64,000 bases of DNA from a virus (taxonomy: Duplodnaviria > Heunggongvirae > Uroviricota > Caudoviricetes): the IMG/VR virus record IMGVR_UViG_3300025066_000017. One strand, written 5' to 3'. The notes under the pieces are model-generated. The model was given only the letters and a program-made list of their open reading frames with translations, did not search any database and was not told the origin of the DNA. The stretch's first letter is position 1. The number at the start of each line of letters is the position of its first letter. A program made the translations under genes and the position numbers. Shown piece after piece: positions 42,743-53,000 of this stretch.

Positions 42743-45613
42743 CTATGCGGACAATCTCGGAATCTGGAAATCAAAGTCGATGAGGATGTAGTTAATCCCT
42801 GTCTTTGGAAAGACAAGAACCTTGATCCACACAGTATCTCCCGTCTGCTTTACGCTAAGAGCATACCATGCATGAGTCCACTCATTGTTCTCGTCCAAAG
42901 AATCGACGATGATTCCGTTTTCGCGATCTTCATCCAAAAGATCGCCCATATACTCACGTATAGACGCGATGCCACCCGGAGCCACGTATCGAACACCTGG
43001 GCGCTGATTTCCGGATCCAACACCACCGAATCGATCTTCCATCTTGGTTCGATAGCGGCGTCGGATATAGTTTCGAATTTCAAAAACATTCAAATCCGTC
43101 AATGCAAGATTCGCATCTTGGACATGTGTACTGAATCCCCTGACAAACCTCCACCCTTTTCCGTGGGGTTCGCCGTAGAGAAGGCGACCATCCAACGCAT
43201 CTTTTATATCCAGAGGTTCTTGTGGGTCCCAATCGCCATAACGCTGGACAAGCTCACTGCCTTTGACAAACTTGAGAGTAATGGGTTCACCTAAGTCAGT
43301 ACCCATCATCGTCCCTGCCGCGGCAGCGGCAAGTGCCCATTCGTCCAAGAGCTTGGTTTCACCACCGCTGTTGCTGCGTCGTAACTGCTGTCCTGTCAAA
43401 GCCAAACGCGGTTCATTTGCTTCTCTCACGATGTCCAAAAGACCTTTTGGGAAAACCTTGTTTGCAAAGGTTCCTGCGCGAAGAGGCAATGCCATCCCCA
43501 TAAACCCAATGCGTTCACCCTTATTGTCCTCACAATCCAGGAGATGAGTCTTGAATAGGTTGTGGAGAGTAAAGATGTCGTCTGTAGCCCAATTCGGCTT
43601 ATCTTGCGAAGCTGCGAGAACTTCAACTCGAATATCTCTGTTTTTCAAGAGAGTATCCATGCCGTGTTCCCAAGAAATGGGATACCCAGGAAGAGTTGCT
43701 ACCGATGGTTTTTGAACGATGGATGTTCCAACTTCACCACCCGAGAAACGCCGAAACAAATCTTTATTGTCTTCAGGTTGCGCAGAGCCTATCATCGTGT
43801 TCCAGGCTGCAGAAACGGCTGTGGTGCCTGTAGAGCCAGGACCAACTGCCCGATCTGCAGTGAAGTGACCTATTGAGTTTGCGATAAGATCAAGCATAGA
43901 CTTCAGATTATCGCGAACAGGGAACCCAAGACTGGTGTTTCCCGGCCCTTGTATAAGCTGCGATCCACGAACAAACTCAACAACACTGTCAATAGCGTGT
44001 GCTTTTACCAGGGGATCCACTGTAAGAGTGTCTGTGCCTGTGTCGTTACCAGTGACACGAACAGTCTCTTCATTAGCATCACCCGGCTCAATACGAATCA
44101 GATATGTTACTCCACCAGCCGTCGTGGGGAAGTCGTCGGAAACTTCCAAAGACAGTGTGGTGTCGCCAGTGACAACGGCTGTATCTATGGCAGAGCGACG
44201 ATCTTGCCCATAATGGTCGGATAAAATCCCAAAGTCTAAATCTTTGGTGAGATAGCCGGAACTCACACCATGGCCAATCGTCGAGAAAATTCCGGCTATC
44301 CCATCAAGTTTCTTCTCCAGATCCCCTAGCGTGGGGTATAAGGTCAAATCTAGCGAAATAATTGTGGTAACACCACCACCATCTCGTTTTTGAATCTTGA
44401 GCGATGTGGCCGCGCCATCGGTTCCGCCTATTTCCATATAGACATCAGTAATAGCAAAGACCTTCCACTTCAGTCCGGTGAGGTCTGTTCCCGATGGCAA
44501 TCCAAGTCCGGGACGCATCAAAGAAATAGTAGTAGCCGTGTTGGTGAGAATTTTAAAGCACTTACCCAGAACCGGGGCTTGGGCGGGAACAAGACTACTT
44601 ACTTCAGTAACAATGAGCCATCTGTTGGGCATCAGTGCGGCAGGCACTGTGGTCATCCCACTCCCACCATCCAGGGATGTATTGGTGGCCACCCCTGTTG
44701 CTGTTCCTTCTACTGCACCATTATCTACAGCCTGTGGTATCACCCAGTTTGCAGGGATATTCCATGTTCCTAGTGGGCCACCACCTGTTGGGTCAAATTT
44801 GACATGGAATGGTGTCTTTCTCAATCCACCATAAGGAGTCTTGGCAACCTGAACGCGCTTCGATTTTTTTGTCTGAAGCTCGTAGCTTTGGCTAAGGGGT
44901 TGTCGTCCGTGCTCAATCTCGTTGTCATTTCCATCTGTACCCCAAGGAATAGCCGTCAGTTTCGCTTGAGGAGTAAGAATACGAATAGTAGAAGTGCTAT
45001 CAGGCAGTACATCCCAATCTTGATCATCACGTAATTCCAGCTTCGCTCTACTTGTTGTGAGATCAGTGGAGGCTTGAATAAAACGCTGCTGTCCTTTGCC
45101 CGTCCCACCCAAAACCTCGGCAACAAGATTATTTAGCTCTCCCGTCGCGAAACTGAATGTGGGAGTACTGATGTTTACAAATGCTGGTGTAATCGGATCA
45201 GTTGTATCATCACGCTTTGCCGCATAAGCAGCGGATACTTGCACTGTCGGAAAAGTGAGAGCCTTTACTTGCGATTGCTCAGGATCTCGAACAACCCAGT
45301 ATTCTGCCTGCGTTGTTCTGTTCGGTTTGTAGATGTAAACAACATCAGCACCGCCTTCTACTCTTGTATCCTTTGAAGGATCCATGAGAATCTTGACAAG
45401 ATTCGATGCATCTGATTGACCAAACACGGAATGCGCCGTCTTTGACTCAACAAAGACATGCGTTACACCCGGTTGCCCCCCAGGAGCTTCTGCTATTCCT
45501 CCCGCCACTCGGGTTTCATCAACCCCCGGCTGCACCATACCAGATAAATCAACGTAGACTTCCGCGCCGGGATGTCGAATAACTTTGTTATGAAACAGAA
45601 CTCGATCTGACAT
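42743..45613 (-). CDS. Contractile tail sheath protein
   Basis: 956 aa. N-terminal RHPGAEVYVD / PGVTHVFVE resemble the conserved P-G-V-Y-V-E sheath N-terminal motif. Followed by tube-sized genes and the tape measure gene. Confidence 0.6.
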   Translation of the reverse strand: MSDRVLFHNKVIRHPGAEVYVDLSGMVQPGVDETRVAGGIAEAPGGQPGVTHVFVESKTAHSVFGQSDASNLVKILMDPSKDTRVEGGADVVYIYKPNRTTQAEYWVVRDPEQSQVKALTFPTVQVSAAYAAKRDDTTDPITPAFVNISTPTFSFATGELNNLVAEVLGGTGKGQQRFIQASTDLTTSRAKLELRDDQDWDVLPDSTSTIRILTPQAKLTAIPWGTDGNDNEIEHGRQPLSQSYELQTKKSKRVQVAKTPYGGLRKTPFHVKFDPTGGGPLGTWNIPANWVIPQAVDNGAVEGTATGVATNTSLDGGSGMTTVPAALMPNRWLIVTEVSSLVPAQAPVLGKCFKILTNTATTISLMRPGLGLPSGTDLTGLKWKVFAITDVYMEIGGTDGAATSLKIQKRDGGGVTTIISLDLTLYPTLGDLEKKLDGIAGIFSTIGHGVSSGYLTKDLDFGILSDHYGQDRRSAIDTAVVTGDTTLSLEVSDDFPTTAGGVTYLIRIEPGDANEETVRVTGNDTGTDTLTVDPLVKAHAIDSVVEFVRGSQLIQGPGNTSLGFPVRDNLKSMLDLIANSIGHFTADRAVGPGSTGTTAVSAAWNTMIGSAQPEDNKDLFRRFSGGEVGTSIVQKPSVATLPGYPISWEHGMDTLLKNRDIRVEVLAASQDKPNWATDDIFTLHNLFKTHLLDCEDNKGERIGFMGMALPLRAGTFANKVFPKGLLDIVREANEPRLALTGQQLRRSNSGGETKLLDEWALAAAAAGTMMGTDLGEPITLKFVKGSELVQRYGDWDPQEPLDIKDALDGRLLYGEPHGKGWRFVRGFSTHVQDANLALTDLNVFEIRNYIRRRYRTKMEDRFGGVGSGNQRPGVRYVAPGGIASIREYMGDLLDEDRENGIIVDSLDENNEWTHAWYALSVKQTGDTVWIKVLVFPKTGINYILIDFDFQIPRLSA

Positions 45614-45813
45614 TGCATTTCCCTATCTTATAGAACTTCTTCGCGAAAGCTGAGGGCACTCTTATAGTTGATGTGAGACTACACAAAAGCCACTTCGCTT
45701 TCAATTTATCAGATTCTTGTGCATAAAAGTAATTTACATAAAAAAATACACTCCCCCATAGAGACTTTCCTTCTCTCCCAATTTATTTGCAGCGTTTTGG
45801 GGGTTGTCGAAAA

Positions 45814-45832
45814 ATCTTTAGACTCTAAAGAT
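45814..45832. promoter_or_regulatory. Palindrome copy 12
   Basis: About 200 nt upstream of the sheath ATG (45613), downstream of gene 45905-46840. Confidence 0.7.
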
Positions 45833-45904
45833 TTTCTTTGAGAAAAAAGCAACTCTCTTTAGAGAAATGTACAAAATCGATCTTATCAAAATACAGAGAT
45901 AATG

Positions 45905-46840
45905 CTACTTCACAGTTGTATCTGGATCGATAGGGGCAGGCGCCTGGGCTTCTGCAGTAAAGTTTAGATCGTGGATTTCAATCGTCCCATCTGGTCTTCT
46001 CGTCGCCAAATCCATATCAAAAATAAATTTAGCAATTGTTGCCTCTACTTCTACATCAACATCAAAGTGGAGGAAATTTAAGACCATTTTTTGTTCATAC
46101 GCCGTTATGTTCCCTGTTGGCATTGTCACCATTCTTGGCTTTACACCAGAAGAAGACAAGTGAAGGTCTTGTACAGAGTTTCGCTCCAAAAGATTTCGAA
46201 ATCTGCGAAAGATACTTTTTAGAACAGAGTGGTAGATGAGAGTTTTTTCATAGTTTCCTGTAATGAATGATATCGTAATCGTGTGAGTGTCTCCCACCGC
46301 ACGACCCAAAAGCCTTTGCTTGTCGATATCCCAAATGGGTTGCGGGTCTTCAAAGGAAACAAACTGCTCATCACCCATAGATCCCGACTCGCGCTGCTGC
46401 CACAAGTTCTTTTCTCGCGGAGCAAATTGACGAACCTTGTCTCCGGCCTCTCCCATACCTTTTGTGTTTGGTCCTGGATTCCCCTCACTTACATATGTGA
46501 CTCCATAGAAATCATAAAAAGCATCGTCATAATCATCGTTCCCAGGCGAAGGGTAGGGCATACGTCGATTGTCTGTCGCAATATCATTGAGAGGGGATGC
46601 TTCCGAAGACTCATCCTCACCATCCACTTCAACAACAATAAAAGGTAGACTCGGAGCTTTCTGAGGCCACCCCATTACAACGCTAATGTTTTCATCCCCT
46701 TCTATCATACGTTTGTATCTTTCCTGACGTTCAGGAGGAAGTTGTCGAAGCTTATTATTGAGCATGACCGTTAGATTTTGCGCATAATACATCCACGCAT
46801 ATTCAACAAATTGCAAAATTGTAAACTGGGGCATACTCAT
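45905..46840 (-). CDS. Virion protein (head-tail joining region)
   Basis: 311-aa ORF with a 4-nt overlap with the upstream gene. Last gene before the sheath promoter region. Confidence 0.4.
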   Translation of the reverse strand: MSMPQFTILQFVEYAWMYYAQNLTVMLNNKLRQLPPERQERYKRMIEGDENISVVMGWPQKAPSLPFIVVEVDGEDESSEASPLNDIATDNRRMPYPSPGNDDYDDAFYDFYGVTYVSEGNPGPNTKGMGEAGDKVRQFAPREKNLWQQRESGSMGDEQFVSFEDPQPIWDIDKQRLLGRAVGDTHTITISFITGNYEKTLIYHSVLKSIFRRFRNLLERNSVQDLHLSSSGVKPRMVTMPTGNITAYEQKMVLNFLHFDVDVEVEATIAKFIFDMDLATRRPDGTIEIHDLNFTAEAQAPAPIDPDTTVK

Positions 46841-47289
46841 AGTTTTTCACCACCAATCTCAGGAATGTTCCCAGAACCAAAGTTTCCACTTTTGGTATAG
46901 GCGTATCTGCGAAGAGTCAAAAGAACAGCCTCTTTTGCTTGTTCCTCAGCCTCGCGTCGAATGTTATCATCTATTTGGTCTTCGTTGTCGAAGGAATCAT
47001 CGACAAATGTACCCAAACCCGTTAGATCGGAGATCTGCTGTTCTTGGGAATCAGGACCAGAAGTTAAACCCGTCAAGTTGTTCAAAATGCCTTCTGAAGG
47101 GTCTAAAAAGAAATTATCAACATCAAATGTTTCATTTGCCTGGACGAGGTCCTCTTGCTCTTCTCGTTCCTCTATTTCACTTATTTCACTTAAGGCTTCA
47201 GGTAGATTATCAAGAAATAAATTCCATTTCTCCAAAGCCGTGCGAAGAGCACGAGAGAGCATATTATTTCGATTTACAACATTGCTCAT
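46837..47289 (-). CDS. Acidic virion protein (head completion/connector region)
   Basis: 150-aa ORF. Confidence 0.4.
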   Translation of the reverse strand: MSNVVNRNNMLSRALRTALEKWNLFLDNLPEALSEISEIEEREEQEDLVQANETFDVDNFFLDPSEGILNNLTGLTSGPDSQEQQISDLTGLGTFVDDSFDNEDQIDDNIRREAEEQAKEAVLLTLRRYAYTKSGNFGSGNIPEIGGEKL

Positions 47290-47293
47290 CTTC

Positions 47294-48109
47294 TTATCTA
47301 CTCGGCTCTACAGAAGGAAGCGTCATAAAAGCATCCTTGTTGCTATGGTTGCCTCTTGTCGCATTGCTTACACGATCTTGCCAAGGTGGACGAATTTGTT
47401 TTTTCTTGGGATTTACTTGCAAGGCTATCTTTCTCATTAGCGCAGATGGTCCGATTAATTTCATTCCATCAAAATTTTGTGTTGGTGTCGCCCAACATAT
47501 GTATTCGGGGTACGCCTTGTATTTAATTGTGTATTTTTTACCCACTGCTGGACCCGCAACCCATTCAATATATCGTCCCTTTAGCACATAGCAGGCAGGC
47601 TCATAATAAACTCCGTCCTCATCCTCTACCCAAATAGCCTTTTCTTCCCCCGCCTCCCACTCTAAAACATCTGAATTGTCGGGTGTATCGTCGTATCGAA
47701 TAGAGTAAGTAGACTTTTTCCCCCGAACCAAAACCATAGGCTGAACAGGAACTGGTATTCTTATTGTAATACGATCAAAATCACTAATGTCTCTTGGGTG
47801 CGTTCCCATGGATAAGAACATGTCACCCTGTTGAACCCATCCAATATCTTGCAGGTCTTTTCTAAAGGAAACATTTGATATAATTCCTCGTAATTCAGCG
47901 GCCCCTCTCCAAAGATATCCAAAACCACTGCATCTATCGCATGTTGGATCTGAATGTCCTACCGCACCTTCTTTTGGACTCAACATCATACATGGACACG
48001 GCACTCCGATCTCATGAACAAAAGGTGTGCTTCTAGCACCATGAAATCCCTCCATTCCCTCGAAATCAAAATCAGTAGCAAATCCACCTGTATCCATCAC
48101 ATGTGTCAT
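47294..48109 (-). CDS. Virion protein with Cys cluster (CPCMM...CDRCSGFG)
   Basis: 271-aa ORF. Confidence 0.4.
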   Translation of the reverse strand: MTHVMDTGGFATDFDFEGMEGFHGARSTPFVHEIGVPCPCMMLSPKEGAVGHSDPTCDRCSGFGYLWRGAAELRGIISNVSFRKDLQDIGWVQQGDMFLSMGTHPRDISDFDRITIRIPVPVQPMVLVRGKKSTYSIRYDDTPDNSDVLEWEAGEEKAIWVEDEDGVYYEPACYVLKGRYIEWVAGPAVGKKYTIKYKAYPEYICWATPTQNFDGMKLIGPSALMRKIALQVNPKKKQIRPPWQDRVSNATRGNHSNKDAFMTLPSVEPSR

Positions 48110-48141
48110 TATGAAGTTTCCTCAAAACAATATAGATAAAG

Positions 48142-49476
48142 CTAAATGCTCTTTATCTGTAGACTGTTCTGATTCTGTCTTTGTTTCATCATATTTGTAA
48201 ACTTATAAAGATCTTGAGAATCCCAAGCAAAATCCATAGAAAGCATATTTTCAACCATATACTGAAGAGCATATGTCAATGTCAGTGCTAAAAATGGAGC
48301 AGAATTATTTAAGAACGCACTCTCACTGCCAACATCTTCTAACTTGTCGGGTATGTAGGGATTATCAATAGATTTAAAAGTAAAAATGCCTTGATCCAAC
48401 ATATCCTCTCTACCCAAATCGGGCACTACCTCTTTCAATAAAAAACTGTGAAGATATTCAATCATTTTCATATTGAGTCTGTCGCCCATTGACTCATGGG
48501 CAATTCGATAAATACCCCCATTTAAACAATATTTGTAAAATGTTGGCCCCACGACTGTCATCCAAAACGATCCTGCCAACCATGGCTCATAACCCTCATC
48601 ACTCCCTGGCTTTCTACCCAGTATCTCCACTCCCGCAAACCATGCTGCACTGTAGCTGCTTGGGGGTGTCATTGTGCTAAATGGCATATAAGCCCAAGTG
48701 TACTGAGCTAAATAAGCGGATCCTAAAGATACCTCTGCTGGTGTGATTTGAAGTGATTGTATTTTCTCGCTTGCCCAAATTGAGATCTGCTCTCCTGCTA
48801 TCCCAAGCTCTTTTGTATCTCGTTCTAGTGTCTCCAAAAATGCCAATGTCAGTATTTTTAAAGCACTCTTATGATTCTTTTTTTCAATATTTCCCATTTT
48901 TGGGATATGCAATAATAAGTTTTCTTGAATTATTTGGCGGAACCTTTCACTACCCAAATCCTCTGAGAAAGAAGAAGTAATCATACTCGATATCAAAGAA
49001 GGGTTTTGCACTAATAGATCTACGGGTTTCTCATCTTCTCCTTCATCTAATATTGATGAAGCAAATGGTGTACCTCTTCCAATACTCTCGGCACTTAGTC
49101 GGCTCGATTCGTACTCTGAAAACAACCGAAGAGCATCGTCTTCATCATATTGACTACCTAACGCCGACAACTCAGACCCATCCATCCCTGTATCACCCAG
49201 AGCCATTTGGCTACTGTCATCGTCTTCTTGTGGCCTTATCTGTAATGCTCCCTCTTCTTGTCCACCTGATTCATTATCCACCGGCACCCATTCGCCCGGA
49301 GCCACTTTCTTGAAATCCCCATCAGTCCAATGATGGACTTCTCCTATTGCAGCCTCGTCTTTTCCAAACGATCCTCCTACCGGAGAGAAGGGATTGCCTT
49401 GTCCTGTTGTAGAACTACTTCCACTTTCCTGTGATGTTTGAATGGTCGAATTTTGTTCCGGTTGCGGTGGTAGCAT
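48142..49476 (-). CDS. Candidate major capsid protein with acidic N-terminal (delta/scaffold-like) domain
   Basis: 444 aa. The first ~140 aa are acidic and low-complexity (QEDDDSSQ, YDEDDALRLF), followed by a ~300-aa globular domain. Order portal-(small protein)-this gene resembles the HK97-type portal-protease-capsid arrangement. Fold not verifiable by eye. Confidence 0.35.
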   Translation of the reverse strand: MLPPQPEQNSTIQTSQESGSSSTTGQGNPFSPVGGSFGKDEAAIGEVHHWTDGDFKKVAPGEWVPVDNESGGQEEGALQIRPQEDDDSSQMALGDTGMDGSELSALGSQYDEDDALRLFSEYESSRLSAESIGRGTPFASSILDEGEDEKPVDLLVQNPSLISSMITSSFSEDLGSERFRQIIQENLLLHIPKMGNIEKKNHKSALKILTLAFLETLERDTKELGIAGEQISIWASEKIQSLQITPAEVSLGSAYLAQYTWAYMPFSTMTPPSSYSAAWFAGVEILGRKPGSDEGYEPWLAGSFWMTVVGPTFYKYCLNGGIYRIAHESMGDRLNMKMIEYLHSFLLKEVVPDLGREDMLDQGIFTFKSIDNPYIPDKLEDVGSESAFLNNSAPFLALTLTYALQYMVENMLSMDFAWDSQDLYKFTNMMKQRQNQNSLQIKSI

Positions 49477-49558
49477 GGATGTCTCACTATATTTTTTTCA
49501 AAACAATGCCGAGAAACAAACCCATAATACCTACTGTTTTTTTCAATTAGCAAGCAAT

Positions 49559-50014
49559 TTAGATTTCTTTCACACAAAGAGATTTGGACGCACCAGGAAA
49601 AGCAAGGGGAAGCTCAAACTTCTGTGTCGCAAAATATCTTTCCCAAAGAAACTGAAAAACTTTCTCTTCAAACGAAGAAAGTGTCACTAACTTTGGAAGA
49701 ACCCCCTCGGGGCTTATTTCTATAATCGGCTTATTGTCATGCCTGTTGATTATCAACTTCGTTGTCTTTAATTTCTCGTCGCGAAATAATGCTTGGATCA
49801 ATAAGTTTGCAAATGTCCCCGGATGTATATCCGTATTCATCTTCCAATACGGTGCCTTCTCTCGAGGGTGAATTCGAAAGTAAACTTCTCCCTTGAAAAC
49901 AAAGTCAACACACCCCACCTCCTCCATAACCTCCTCAGTGCTTTCTAAGGATGACCAAATATCCGAAGGTTTACTAGGTAATATATAGAGGTCCCGTGAC
50001 TTTCGTTTAATCAT
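49559..50014 (-). CDS. Hypothetical head-module protein (position of prohead protease/scaffold)
   Basis: Track ORF 49559-50149. Trimmed here to the internal Met MIKRKSRD, which lies just downstream of the portal stop. Confidence 0.35.
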   Translation of the reverse strand: MIKRKSRDLYILPSKPSDIWSSLESTEEVMEEVGCVDFVFKGEVYFRIHPREKAPYWKMNTDIHPGTFANLLIQALFRDEKLKTTKLIINRHDNKPIIEISPEGVLPKLVTLSSFEEKVFQFLWERYFATQKFELPLAFPGASKSLCVKEI

Positions 50015-50021
50015 ATTTTTT

Positions 50022-53000
50022 TCACATTTGATTTGGATCGTTTGGATCTGGCACACCACCCAAAGGAGGAATTTTGTTTCTATCCGGATTAGTCTGCATA
50101 TAAAGCGGAACTGGCTTGGCTTGACCATACCCTGGAATTTCATTCTCACCCGCAGTCATATACGCCATTTGCTCCTCACTGGGATCGGGCAACATCTGCC
50201 CCTCTTCTTCCAATAAGGTTCTCGCCTGAATCCAAGCAGGGTTCAAAATCACATTGCCATCCGGACGAGGAGGAAGACCCTCAGATGCACGACCTTCATT
50301 AAGTGTCATAAACGCGCTCATCTTCATATTAAGAAGCTCCACGCGCTCTCTCTCAGACAACTCATCCAAACCAACAAAATCGAAATACAACCTCGAATCC
50401 AATGGGTCCACTATGTACTTCGTGATTTGTTTCGATATAAAACGAAGCAGAGGCCGAAGCCCTTTGTCTCGAGAGTGCTTTATTTTCCACTCGTGCTTAC
50501 TCTCAAACACAGGTGCCCCACCACTCCCACCACCACTTGTTAAATCAAAACCAACCTCAGATGGATCAATCAAGTAAGACGCGCAAACCTGACGAATCAA
50601 ATACTCCAGCCAGGACTGGAATTCCATCTCCCGATTCGTATGCTGCAGGTCGATGTATTCCATCTGTTCCGCCTGCAATATAGGGGTTCTGAACGAGTTT
50701 GAAATGACAATCCCGTTCGCGGCAAAAGCGTGTAGATCTGTGTTGATAGAAACATCAAACATGTCAACGAAATCAGTTGTTATCTCAATTTCTGAGATAG
50801 GAGAGAAGTGATACTCAAGAAGCCAGTTGGGTGGAGTAATATTTACTTTCTCAAGAAATCGAAGAATGCGGGGGAGACTACACCCATCATCGCCTCGAAT
50901 TATCGCATTAAGGTCCAACCTTTCTCGCAGGGTTAGTAATTCGTAATTAGCCTCTTTGTTCTTTTTTTGTATTTTTCTGGCGAAGAAATAAGTTGTTCGC
51001 GGAGAAACCCGGCTATGTTTATTCGCCTCGTTGGGGTTTACTAAATCATCGGGCTGCTTGTGGTCTTGAAGGAATCCAATGTTTTCATAAAAGTAGTCTT
51101 TGTCTTTTATGCGAAGAAGCGACTCTTTCTCTTCGTAATACCGAAGAGGGCCATCTATGACAATTTTTTGTTTTCCTTCCGACAGATTTGTTCGGATTCC
51201 AACTGAACTAAGAAGCCACTTCACTTCCTGACGCAAACTATCATTTGTGATCGTGATTGCGACAAAACGTCCATCTCCTATGTGACCATCGGCAGAGAAG
51301 AGTCCTCGGAGAAAAGCAAATTTCAATTCATTGGGAAGGGTATACACAAACGGAGGGACGTTTTTCCCTTCAGAGGAAAACTGGAATCCGACTTCTTTTA
51401 ACCATCTGGCAAAATTGACGTTATTTAAAACAATTTGAAGTCGCTCAGACGCAACACTCTTGAAACCATATCGTTCTTTGATCTTTTCCTGTTCTTCGGG
51501 AGTAATGTGGATATCTTTCAAACGTGCTGCAGGATCAAAGTCTTTGAGTATGGAAAGATGTCGTTCTCGTATCTCTCTTTCTTTTTCATGGTGATAGAAA
51601 CAAAGCATTCCTTTATCACTAAAGTACCCATCACCAACAGCCCATCCTAGGACTTCCATGAGATCGGGTGTGACTTGTTTTCCGTTGCAGTGTGGAATAT
51701 TGTCCGGGTTTTGTGGGGATTGTTTGTTTACAAGAACATAATCCCCTTCTTGAAGATCTTCGAGTCGTTTCCAAACAGGAAGACCATCTCCACCACCTAA
51801 AACTCTAAACTTATGATCTGGTGATGATTTGATCTCCAATCCACACGCCAGTTTTAGACGACAAAGTTGTTTTTGCTCCTTTGTGCGATAGACCAGACCA
51901 GAAGCCCATTCTTTTCCTGTCCAGATTGTCGCTTCTTTTTCTTCCGTGCCTTCAATATAGTTTTCAAGAGAAACCATCCCTTCTTCTCTTGTCCAGATTG
52001 TCGTATCTCCATGAAGACAGTTTTCCACACCTGCGATCATGGCATACCAAGCTCTTCTAAAGCTTTCCATTTGGGCCTCGGAAATCTCGTCGCCCTTAAT
52101 GTTGATCAATCCCTTCGGCGCGGAGTTGGAGAGAATCACTCCACCACAGGACCACTGGTGCGAGGAATCCTTGATTCTCACATCGTACATTGGGCGCATC
52201 TCTTCCATGTCTTCGATAGAAGAAACACGAATCCATTGGTAGGAGAGTTCCTCCAGGAAATCCCAACAATCCAGTTTCTGACAGATTTCAATTATTTCAT
52301 CTCTAGAACATAACTCTTGGCTAGAATCATCCGCAAAATTGGCAAGTTTTAGCAAAAGTGTTCTTTCCTCGAAGAATAAAGAACTTATATCGCAATGCTC
52401 CTCTAAATGCTTTGCCATTCTTTTTAATAGAGGCTTGGGTATATTTTTGTTTCTTATGTAGATCAGAGATTCGGGCAATTCTATGGGGGCTACTTCTAAG
52501 CTACGAGCAACAAAATCACCTTCTTGTATCTCCGCGATTGGCCTCATGAGTATCTCGCCGCTATCCGTCAGTGCGAGGAACTTATGGTCGGGTGATGTGT
52601 GTATCTCAAATCCATCATCAAGTGTTGTTCGAATGGTTTCTTTTTGCCCCGTAGAGACAACATCAAAAGGAACCCACCTCGATCCATTCCAAACATTTCC
52701 GATGGGTGAAAATTCGACATCTGGATTTACTGGGAGATCTTTGATGTAGAAAACACCTTCGTCAGTAAAAACTCTTGTGTCCTCTCCCACACAACCCTGC
52801 TTAAAGAAAGCTCGATTATAAATCTCGCCCCAAAGCATCCCCAGGACAGCGTTGAGGGCTTTCTCTAGTTCACTGGTTCCGTATCCATTGTTCCAGATAT
52901 TGGTTTCAGGGTTTCTCACACAGAATGCAAGATCATTGTATGAAAAGATATTTTCGATGCGGCCATGAAGGAGTTGTATAGAAAAGACCTGATCAGATGT